Positions 22,780 through 31,900 of a DNA stretch of 37,854 bases are shown here, piece by piece. The DNA comes from Clostridia bacterium. Lineage in GTDB: Bacteria; Bacillota; Clostridia; HGM11514. The first letter of the stretch is position 1, and each line of letters opens with the position of its first letter. The DNA lies in contig JAZNAU010000011.1 in assembly GCA_045586685.1 (NCBI GenBank), forward strand, positions 1 to 37,854, written 5' to 3'. A program made the translations under genes and the position numbers. The notes under the pieces were generated by a model. It saw nothing but the letters and a program-made list of their open reading frames with translations, was not told where the DNA came from and searched no databases.

Positions 22780-23523
22780 ATGGATTGTATTATTCTGGCG
22801 GCAGGCTATGCCACAAGACTGTATCCTTTAACTGAAAATATGCCAAAACCCTTGCTTAAAGTAAGGGATAAGACTATTTTGGATTGGTTGATTGATGATA
22901 TCAGTAAATCCGGTCGAGTGGATCGGTATATCGTGGTATCCAACCATAAGTTTGCCACCCATTTTGAACAGTGGGCGAAAGAAAAGAAAAGCCAGGTTCC
23001 CATTGTTGTATTAGATGATAAAACAGAAAGTAATGAAACCAGACTGGGTGCAGTTGCGGATATTTTGTTTGCGGTTAAAGAATTGGGGATAAAGGGCGAA
23101 ACCATGGTGATTGCAGGGGATAACGTGCTGGATTTTTCTCTTTGCCATTTCATCGAATATTTTGATAAAAAGAAACATTCTTGTATTATGCGGTATTTCG
23201 AGCCGGAATTAAAGCGGTGTCAATCCTCAGGTGTGGTGGAAATTGATGAGCAAGACAGGGTTCTTTCTATGGAAGAAAAACCTGCCAATCCGAAATCAAA
23301 TTGGCTTGCTCCTCCTTTTTATTTGTATACAGGAGAAGATATGGGAATGTTAGAGCAAGCCTTACAAGACGGTTGCGGAAAGGATGCTCCAGGAAGTTTT
23401 CCAGCATATCTGCATAAAAAACAGCCTTTGTATGCAATGGAAATGCCGGGAAAACGGTATGATATCGGAAACCTTGCAAGTTTTGAGGCGGTGCAAAAAT
23501 CATATCAGGGTATTGTGAAATAA
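22780..23523 (+). CDS. Sugar-1-phosphate nucleotidyltransferase
   Basis: ILAAGYATRLYPLT..PKPLL, AGDN, EEKP, YDIG. Confidence 0.9.
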   Translation: MDCIILAAGYATRLYPLTENMPKPLLKVRDKTILDWLIDDISKSGRVDRYIVVSNHKFATHFEQWAKEKKSQVPIVVLDDKTESNETRLGAVADILFAVKELGIKGETMVIAGDNVLDFSLCHFIEYFDKKKHSCIMRYFEPELKRCQSSGVVEIDEQDRVLSMEEKPANPKSNWLAPPFYLYTGEDMGMLEQALQDGCGKDAPGSFPAYLHKKQPLYAMEMPGKRYDIGNLASFEAVQKSYQGIVK

Positions 23524-23532
23524 AAGGAGAAC

Positions 23533-24543
23533 ATGATGACAGAGAAAGTTCTTGTAACCGGAGCTGCCGGTTTTATCGGATTTTATCTTTCCAAGCGTTT
23601 GCTGGAAGAGGGAAAAACGGTTGTAGGCTTGGATAATCTGAATGATTATTATGATGTCAATCTGAAAAATACTCGATTGGATTTATTAAAAAAATATCCG
23701 GATTTTCACTTTATTAAGGGCGATATTGCAGAGAAAGAAACGGTCGAGAAAGTATTTGCCAAACATCAGCCAAGCATTGTTGTGAATTTAGCAGCACAGG
23801 CAGGAGTACGGTATTCTATCACCAATCCCGATGCTTATATCAGCAGTAATCTGATTGGTTTTTTTCATATTTTAGAGGCGTGTCGTCATTTTGGCGTGGA
23901 ACACCTCGTATATGCATCTTCTTCATCTGTGTACGGTACCAATCAAAAAATTCCTTATTCTACAGAGGATAAAGCAGATTCGCCTGTTTCTTTATATGCA
24001 GCTACCAAGAAATCCAATGAGCTGATGGCACATTCTTATTCAAAATTATACAAGATACCCACTACCGGACTTCGGTTCTTTACGGTGTACGGACCTATGG
24101 GACGTCCCGATATGGCATATTTTGGGTTTACCAACAAGCTTGTAAAAGGGGAAAATATTCAGATTTTCAATTACGGAAACTGCAAGCGCGATTTTACATA
24201 CATTGATGATATTGTAACCGGCGTGATGAATGTGATGAAACAGCCTCCGCAAAAAAACGAAGACGGGGTAAAATATAAGGTTTACAATATTGGAAACAAC
24301 CAACCAGAAAATCTTCTGGAATTTGTGGATATTTTGCAGCAAGAGCTGATTAGGGCAGGGGTTCTTCCAAGTGATTATGATTTTGAATCTCATAAGGAAT
24401 TGGTTCCTATGCAACCGGGTGATGTAGAAATCACCTATGCTGATGTGAGGGATTTAATGAAGGATTTTGACTTTAAACCTTCCACTCCTTTACGAGAAGG
24501 ACTACGGAAATTTGCCATGTGGTACAAGGAATATTATAAGTAA
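23533..24543 (+). CDS. NAD-dependent epimerase, UDP-glucuronate 4-epimerase family
   Basis: GAAGFIG, NLAAQAGVRYS, YAATK, RFFTVYGPMGRPDMA. Confidence 0.88.
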   Translation: MMTEKVLVTGAAGFIGFYLSKRLLEEGKTVVGLDNLNDYYDVNLKNTRLDLLKKYPDFHFIKGDIAEKETVEKVFAKHQPSIVVNLAAQAGVRYSITNPDAYISSNLIGFFHILEACRHFGVEHLVYASSSSVYGTNQKIPYSTEDKADSPVSLYAATKKSNELMAHSYSKLYKIPTTGLRFFTVYGPMGRPDMAYFGFTNKLVKGENIQIFNYGNCKRDFTYIDDIVTGVMNVMKQPPQKNEDGVKYKVYNIGNNQPENLLEFVDILQQELIRAGVLPSDYDFESHKELVPMQPGDVEITYADVRDLMKDFDFKPSTPLREGLRKFAMWYKEYYK

Positions 24544-24554
24544 GAAACATAGAC

Positions 24555-24587
24555 AAACCCGCCATTTTTTGGCGGGTTTATTTTTTT
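24555..24587. terminator. Terminator between the epimerase and spoVT
   Basis: AAACCCGCCA-ttttt-TGGCGGGTTT then T-run. Confidence 0.85.
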
Positions 24588-25131
24588 AATCCTCCATTTG
24601 TTTTCCCAAAAAGGAAGCTGCGGTTTTTGCCAGCTTATCTTCTACATCGCTTATTTTTGGAATTTGATCTGTTCCGAAAAATACGACTGATCCGATAGAA
24701 TCGCCTTCTGAAATGATAGGCACTACCATACCTGCAACGTATTTATCCATTCCGTCAATCACATTTGTTTTATTCTGGTCATCGGGACGAAATGAAACTG
24801 CGTTTTTTTCACTTAAAATTTGTTCTAATTCGGGGGAAATACGCTTATCGTTTAATTCTCTTTTAGGAACACCGCCTACGGCAATGACTGTATCCTTATC
24901 TGTAATGCAAATGGAATGACCGCTCGTTTTTGCCAATGTATCGGCATACTGTGCCGCAAAAGTGCCCAATTCACCAATGGGAGAATATTTTTTAAAAATA
25001 ACTTCCCCATCTTTTTCGGTAAAAATTTCCAGCGGGTCCCCTTCACGGATTCTCATGGTTCTTCTAATTTCTTTTGGTATAACCACACGACCTAAGTCAT
25101 CTATACGACGCACAATTCCTGTTGCTCTCAT
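24586..25131 (-). CDS. spoVT: Stage V sporulation protein T
   Basis: MRATGIVRRIDDLGRVVIPKEIRRT AbrB domain plus GAF domain ending AASFLGKQME. Confidence 0.96.
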   Translation of the reverse strand: MRATGIVRRIDDLGRVVIPKEIRRTMRIREGDPLEIFTEKDGEVIFKKYSPIGELGTFAAQYADTLAKTSGHSICITDKDTVIAVGGVPKRELNDKRISPELEQILSEKNAVSFRPDDQNKTNVIDGMDKYVAGMVVPIISEGDSIGSVVFFGTDQIPKISDVEDKLAKTAASFLGKQMED

Positions 25132-25327
25132 AATAGAATTTCTCCTTTAAATTGAATTTACACCTTTATTGTTTACATGAAGGAAATTTTTATGTAAAGA
25201 AAAAATTGGAATCAATTTTATAATAAAGTTTAAATAAAAAGGATACTTGAGACCAAAATCTTACCTGTACTAATTGATGCTTTTTTTGCATATAGTGGAG
25301 TAAAGCGTCAAAGAGGGAGGCGGTGGA

Positions 25328-25459
25328 TTGAATACCCGAATAGAAGAAAGGACAATACAGCTTGCAGAATACATTTTAGAATACAAAGCAACAGTGAGAG
25401 ATACCGCAAAAAAGTTTGGTGTTTCTAAATCAACCGTACATACAGTGAGAGTGACATAG
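25328..25459 (+). pseudogene. spoIIID: spoIIID 5' fragment interrupted by an insertion (not in the ORF track)
   Basis: TTG start after GGGAGG; MNTRIEERTIQLAEYILEYKATVRDTAKKFGVSKSTVHT|VRVT*; match to SpoIIID stops after STVH; sigma-E-like CATATAGT at 25289-25296. Confidence 0.88.
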
Positions 25460-25625
25460 AAACTTTTTATATCGAAGTGGCGTAGTGGTGCACCTTTCGT
25501 GAATTTTACAAAATTTAAAATCTTTCGAAAACATCTGTATAAAAATGAACTATGTAAAAATCCTGAAAACCGCTTAAATAGTGGCTTTCAGGATTTTTTG
25601 TGTTTCAGTCTTGCTCTCTCTGTAT
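25454..25625 (+). repeat. Island left-end repeat, copy 1 (includes terminator-like hairpin)
   Basis: Ungapped match to 27459-27630 with 20 mismatches in 172 nt by hand count; weaker homology continues about 30 nt further. Confidence 0.93.
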
Positions 25626-25655
25626 TCGAATTTTAAGATGTATGCGAACGCATTT

Positions 25656-26063
25656 TTATTTGGTTTTTTCGGTTAAATACTCTTCAATCTTATTTACAAA
25701 AAATTCTGCTTCTTCAACTTGCTTTATAACATCTTCTTTTGGTACTACATAAAAATCTTCATAATCACTATCAGTACGCATATCAAAAGCAGATTTAATA
25801 ATATTTGACATTGCCTTATCAAATATCCCAGTTTTGATATAGTCCTTTTGAAAATTACTGATTACACCGGAATGCTTCTTGTAGTCCTGACCATCAAGCG
25901 CTAAAACTGCACGAGCAGCATGGAATATTGCATAATAAGAACGATTGGCTGCAGTATCAAACATTTCAAATTCAAGCGTTTTCTTCGCATCTTCCAAATC
26001 CGCTTTTGCTTTACTAAGGCGATATAGTGATAAATCAATCATTTCCTTGCTATACACTAACAT
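25656..26063 (-). CDS. HEPN domain protein
   Basis: AANRSYYAIFHAARA, KHSGVI, RTDSDY (RX4Y). Confidence 0.9.
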   Translation of the reverse strand: MLVYSKEMIDLSLYRLSKAKADLEDAKKTLEFEMFDTAANRSYYAIFHAARAVLALDGQDYKKHSGVISNFQKDYIKTGIFDKAMSNIIKSAFDMRTDSDYEDFYVVPKEDVIKQVEEAEFFVNKIEEYLTEKTK

Positions 26064-26391
26064 TCACGCCCTCTCTTATGACATTCATATAATACGGAAG
26101 AGCATTTCCGTACTTTTCAAAAGTGAACTTATCCTGCAATTTAACGGATAACAGAACATCATACTTTAAATCAATATCATTTGCAAAATCAGATATGGTG
26201 CGTCTGTACTTTGTAAGCTCGCTTTTTTCAAGGTCAACCAAAGCCATAACATCTATGTCTGACTCTGGATCATAATCCCCTCTTGCATAAGAACCATAAA
26301 GAATAACACTATCAAGTTTTTCGCCGAAAACTTTTCTTAGTTCCGTATAAGTTTCTTTTAATAACACATCAAGTGTATTTTTATTACACAT
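26050..26391 (-). CDS. Minimal nucleotidyltransferase (MNT)
   Basis: LYGSYARGDYDPESDIDV; AGGAGGTG RBS; overlaps HEPN. Confidence 0.92.
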   Translation of the reverse strand: MCNKNTLDVLLKETYTELRKVFGEKLDSVILYGSYARGDYDPESDIDVMALVDLEKSELTKYRRTISDFANDIDLKYDVLLSVKLQDKFTFEKYGNALPYYMNVIREGVNVSV

Positions 26392-26531
26392 AAGTTCACC
26401 TCCTAATCTATCTTATGCCTATATTTTAACACAATACATTAAAAAAATCAATATTTAATTAATATTTACATGTCGGAGCGTTGTCGATAATTGTGTCTTG
26501 CTGTAAAATTATAGCAGGAGGTGCATAAAAT

Positions 26532-27389
26532 ATGCAATTAAATTTAGAAAAAATTGTCTGGTTTAACAAACCGAAAAAACAAGAAAAACTTACTGCTACG
26601 TTGGGAAGTAATCAAAAACTGTTTTTGAGCGATGCCCTGCGAAATCAATTACCCGAAAATATTCAATTCGGGTTTGATGGCAGTTCGCGAACTCTGGTTA
26701 TTGCCGAATCAGAGAACCCAAGGGACAAAAAGTGTAAAAACGGAATGGTATTTGGCTTAGTAGATGAAATTCTGTCAACGGGAATGAAATTACCGGTCTG
26801 CTTTGAGTTTGAATATGATGGTGAAAACAAACTGTGGGCGGGTCAAGTTGTACTTAGAAAGAAAAAGCAAGAGTATGATTTAGAGCAAGTGCTGGCACTT
26901 TATAAACCTATTGCGGATAAATTGTTTGTTCAAATCGGGAAAACCACACCTAAAGAAGACCGACGGCAAATTATTGCTCTTGCAATTTGCGAAGCAGTGA
27001 AGGAATATACACCTGCATTCGGTGATTTTGAAAAGTTTATTACTAAGCGTGCCAAGGAGTCACTAAAAATAAAAAATCGTCATTATGTAAAATACAATAT
27101 GGATAAATCGATGGATGCATCTTTGAATGATGACAGTAACGACGGCTTTAATTTATATTCTGTAAATAGCTTTATTGATTCTGGTTATTTACGAGCCGAA
27201 AACAGAATTATGGAAGAACAATTCATAAAACAACTTAGCAAAAATGAGTCTGATGTTTTGACACTTTTAAAGAAAAAATTAACAATTTCTGAAATTGCAC
27301 AAAAATTAGAGATTTCAGAAGAAAAAGTTAAGTTTTTTGCAAAAACTGTCGCAATGAAACGAAAACAATTTTTCTCGCAAACCCTTTAA
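26532..27389 (+). CDS. Sigma70-like/HTH regulator with an extra N-terminal domain
   Basis: Region-2-like LYKPIA..EDRRQ..AVKEY..DFEKF; C-terminal LSKNESDVL..TISEIAQKLEIS HTH; AGGAGGTG RBS. Confidence 0.6.
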   Translation: MQLNLEKIVWFNKPKKQEKLTATLGSNQKLFLSDALRNQLPENIQFGFDGSSRTLVIAESENPRDKKCKNGMVFGLVDEILSTGMKLPVCFEFEYDGENKLWAGQVVLRKKKQEYDLEQVLALYKPIADKLFVQIGKTTPKEDRRQIIALAICEAVKEYTPAFGDFEKFITKRAKESLKIKNRHYVKYNMDKSMDASLNDDSNDGFNLYSVNSFIDSGYLRAENRIMEEQFIKQLSKNESDVLTLLKKKLTISEIAQKLEISEEKVKFFAKTVAMKRKQFFSQTL

Positions 27390-27458
27390 CAGTGCAGCTT
27401 TGCGACTTTCGACAAAAAACTTTCAGTTTCGACATCCCAGTATCATATAGTAGGAGCA

Positions 27459-27630
27459 ACATAGAAACTTTTTATATCGAAATGGCGTAATGACGCGCCT
27501 TTCGGGGATTTGACGAATTGTGGAATCTTTCGAAAACATCCGTATAAAAATGAACAATGCAAAAATCCTGAAAACCGCTTAAATAGTGGCTTTCGGGATT
27601 TTTTATGTTTCGGTCTTACTCTCTCTGTAT
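27459..27630 (+). repeat. Island left-end repeat, copy 2
   Basis: Lies 2005 bp downstream of copy 1. Confidence 0.93.
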
Positions 27631-27670
27631 GATAATTTTGAAATATGCGTGAATGTAATTTTGAGATGTG

Positions 27671-27749
27671 TTGTTTTAATTAATAAAATATGTTATACTA
27701 TAACTAACCAAGCACTGTCCGTTTTAACACCCACTTAGCTTGATATACT
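27671..27749 (+). promoter_or_regulatory. Tandem promoter with TGTCC box (putative WYL site)
   Basis: TTGTTT-17-TATACT, then AAGCACTGTCCGTTTTAACAC (identical at 32190), then TGaTATACT. Confidence 0.65.
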
Positions 27750-27791
27750 ATTTATAACAAAACTTGGTTTGGAAGCGAGGTATTCCTTATA

Positions 27792-28925
27792 ATGAAGAGA
27801 AAAGAAAAAGAATTTGATGTTTTTACCAACTACACATTTTCAGGAAAAGAATGGTCAGCTCCAACCTTGAAGTATGCTGCGGAAATCAAAAAAGAACTCG
27901 AAAAAATGCAGTTGGTTGGAAGGCAAATTAAAAAGATGAAAATGATTGGCTTAAGCTACTATCTAACGCGGGATTGGATTGAAAGTGCGGCGTATGATAT
28001 GCTTTCTCATTTGCCCGAGGACGAACGGCAGGATATGTCTAATTATAAAAACATTTCACCTGATATGGAATTTTCCAGATATTCAGAAATTGATGAACCT
28101 TTTTTAATAGAATTTGAAGACGGTGATGTTTTTGAAATTGATACTCCTCAAGATCCGTGTTATCGTTTTTCAATGAATTGCATTCCTTGGCATATAGATG
28201 CAGGGACAAATCTTCCTAACGCTGATGCGAATAAGCTTTTTTCTGTGTGTATCGGAAAGAAAATTGTTGAAATTGAAGTTTGCGAATATAGGGATGGATC
28301 TGAGGCTGAAAAAGGATATGTATCAAGAATTGTATTGTGGCTTGAAAATGATATAGGATTATGTATACATCCAGTATTTGACTATTGCAGAGTTTCATGC
28401 ATTAATAAAAACAATGAAGATGTATTGATTTCATTTAAAGAATTAAAAGACGCTTTGTTCAACTACGAAGATCTTCATACAGATGATACATTAGACTTTG
28501 AAGGAAGTCATACATTATCCTTTGATAAAAAAGGCGCAGAACATACGGAAACGCCATATATGTCGCTAATTCCTTCGGGAAAGGACACTGCTCTTCATAT
28601 TTCTGTCGATGATTTTGATTTGTTTGCGTGGAGTATGACTATTGTCCTTAAAGAAGTTTTTGATGAATATGGTGACTATAGCATAACTTACGAAAAGTGG
28701 AATGAGATTTTAAGCGAAGGAAGAAAGATTATCGATTTTAAAACATTTGATGATTTGTTTGACTATATTGTTGCACAATTTGATAATGGATTGTGGTATA
28801 TGAACAATCGTGGTGCAGAGTTCTGGAAGAATAAAGCTAAGTACGAAACGCAACTGTCGGATGTGACAAAATGGTCTGAATTAGCATTGAATGAAGATGA
28901 TGTTTTAAACATCTATGGGTTTTAG
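27792..28925 (+). CDS. Acidic hypothetical protein
   Basis: 377 aa ORF with GAGG RBS; no recognised motif. Confidence 0.75.
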   Translation: MKRKEKEFDVFTNYTFSGKEWSAPTLKYAAEIKKELEKMQLVGRQIKKMKMIGLSYYLTRDWIESAAYDMLSHLPEDERQDMSNYKNISPDMEFSRYSEIDEPFLIEFEDGDVFEIDTPQDPCYRFSMNCIPWHIDAGTNLPNADANKLFSVCIGKKIVEIEVCEYRDGSEAEKGYVSRIVLWLENDIGLCIHPVFDYCRVSCINKNNEDVLISFKELKDALFNYEDLHTDDTLDFEGSHTLSFDKKGAEHTETPYMSLIPSGKDTALHISVDDFDLFAWSMTIVLKEVFDEYGDYSITYEKWNEILSEGRKIIDFKTFDDLFDYIVAQFDNGLWYMNNRGAEFWKNKAKYETQLSDVTKWSELALNEDDVLNIYGF

Positions 28926-28934
28926 GAGGTTATC

Positions 28935-31900
28935 ATGAAACAGTATGATTTAATAAAACTTCTTGGTGATACATTTGCATTGGGTAATGTTGATGAGCTT
29001 GTTACCCATATGGCAGACGACTGTCAATATTTTTCAGAATATGCGAATAAAAGCTTTTTTTCTGCTGAAGAAATCGCAGAGAGGATGAAATATGTAGATT
29101 CACAATTGGATGAGACAAATTCATATTCTTACGAAATTGTAGAACTTGATACTATTACAAACTTCTCAGATGCAGAAAAACAGTTTGTCACGAATAAAAA
29201 AAACTCGTTGTGTAAATATGGAATGTTTTTATATCAATTTAGTAAGGCACATCCCGTTGCAATAGTTGTTGTAGTTATCAATCGCAAGAAAGAAATATGC
29301 AACATTACGCTTTCGAGGAATAAAACACTGTTTGATATTGAGTTTTATGGAGAAAAGATAGAAAAGGATTCTCCGTATGACACACCTGCCACTGTAAAGC
29401 CGTTAACTCGTCACGATCGTCAGGTCAAAGAATTACGAAAAGCCTTTTCTGGACAACATCTTGAAGAACAAGTATACACCGATGATGAAGTGTATATATG
29501 GCGGAAATCAGATGAATTCATAAAGAAATGGCTGGAAAACAATGGATACTATGTGCAGGAAACAGATGTTTTAGATGATTGCATTGGATATCTGTGTAAT
29601 CGAAATGGTTTTGAATATGCCGTATATATGTACGCATACGGAAAAGAGAGAACTACTCAACTTGATGGAGAATATTGCAGTAAGTTAAGAAATCATCCCT
29701 ATGCGAAAAACAGAACTATTTTAATGGTTTATCTTAGAGCAAAGCGCTTTATGATTGGTGATGAAGTAGCATATGGTGTTTATAGCTACGGCGATAATGA
29801 AGATAAAAATATAGAATTATGGCGTTTGGGTGAAGTGAATGGAAAGTCAATCATCGAATACTATCCAAGGAAAGAAATGATTGATCGCACATATGAACTT
29901 ATGTATGCTTTTAATCGTGCATCTCTTGATGTGTATGATGACATTGTTTGCAAAAGCAATCCGTCTTTTAATGGTTATGATTCACAGGGCATTACTTTCA
30001 ATAGTGCTTTCTACTATAATTTGCAGAGCTTACATAAAGAGTATGGCAATATGAAGATAGGCTATGTCAGGTATAATGATGTGGTGTATAGCGAGGTTCC
30101 GTATCTTGACAATTATGGATTTTTTGGTTTTACGGTAGATAACGAAAATCGTATTGCTCAGATTTATACCTGCCCGTTTGATGGTGGGGAAAGACCTGTT
30201 GCAGAATTCATAAAAACCGATATACGAGAAAAAGAAGACATGTATTCTCACATTCCAAAACTGGTTAATATAGAACCGATATTGCCAGTTATGTATGAGA
30301 GGTTTTCCTTAAAACTTCTGTTTGATAACGGGGAATGTAAAAAATATGTCCTTCCGGTTGACGTTAAAAACGAGAATGATGAAGTTGTTAAATATTGCGG
30401 TCACGTGTTTACGGATAAAATATGGAACTCAGCTGAAATGGTAGCTTCTGTAGAAAGTGAATACAGACATTACCCACCAAGAGGTCAGGCAATTAAGTTT
30501 AAGAATGGATTTTCTTTATCGGCTCATTATTGCTATCAGAACAGCAAGGACTATCAGGAACCAGTGATTTGCAATGACACAATTTACGAAGATGACGATA
30601 TAAAAATAAACAGACTTTGGAAATGGAAAGCAAATTCAGTATATAAAGATGAGGAAACTGGTGTTATCAAAGCATTGCTCAAGGGTGTTGCATTTAATTT
30701 TGAAGGTATTTCTACCTTTGCAACTTTTGAGGGTTCCCGTCTGACAAGTCTTGATTTTGATTATATAGACAGTTTCAAAGAAGGGTTGGCTGTAGTCGGA
30801 ATTCAAGGGCGCGGATATGGCTATATAGATGCATCGGGGAAAATTGCGATTCCTGCAATATATGAAAATGCCGATGAATTCAACGGTGGAAAGGCAAGGG
30901 TTAAGAAAGATGGCAAATGGTATTTTATAGATAAGTCTGGGAATGAAACTTCGATAGAAAGTACATTTGGTGAAAGGTATCAGGAAGTTGGTGAGTTCTG
31001 CGAGGGTTTGTGTAAGGTATCTACATTAAAACTTGGATTTATGGACTTGGCATATCATTCTGATTATTCAGAAATTGCCGGAACATGGGGATATGTTGAC
31101 GAGAATGGCACCGAGATTGTTTCTCCGCAATACATATATGCAAATGATTTTAATGACGGCATTGCAATTGTATGCAAAGGAAAATGGACTCGTGATGAAA
31201 AATGGAACAACAAGCATAATTCCGGTCGTTACTGGACGGAAGAAGAGCTTTGGGGTGCTATTGATAAAACCGGAAAAGAAGTTATTCCTTGTGTTTTTGA
31301 TGAAATCAAGGAGCTTTGGGATACTACGGATATATTTGTAGCACATTCCGGCGGATGGGAAAAAGGCAAATGGGGAGTTATCGATAAGAACGGCAAATGG
31401 GTTGTTGAACCTATTTTCGAAGATGTTGGATATGAATACAAAAATGGCTTATTTTCCTTTTATGCAGATGATAAATGGAACGATGATGATGTTCCGCTTG
31501 GTATCTATGATATTACACAGAAAAAAGTGTTGTTTGAACCCCGGTTCCTGGACGTGGACTTTATGGATGATGGCAACATCAAGGTCGAAGTTTACGATGA
31601 ATCTCTTGGCCGAAATATAGAGAAAATCATCAACCGAAATGGAGAAGAATTGTTCCCATCTGTCTATTCCTCTATTTATACGTGGAGAGAACCATACGAG
31701 GTTGTTATAAGAGATGAAAATGGTTCCAGACATGGTTTGATTGATAAAAAAGGTAATGTAATTCTTCCGTGTAAATATGATTTGCCGTGGAATGGGATTC
31801 ACTACGATAAAAAGCTTATGGTGTATGAATGTGATAAAAAACAGGGTCTTATTGATTTTGATGACAACATCGTTGTACCTGCCATATATCATGAGATACA

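Noticed and set aside
25445-25470. Group II intron in spoIIID (junction starts GTGAG)
   Set aside because: Not GTGYG, no domain V recognised, and the only RT is retron-type with no maturase domain.
25454-27630. The repeat pair as DGR TR/VR for the RT
   Set aside because: Mismatches are not adenine-specific, neither copy lies in a gene 3' end, and the RT has retron motifs.
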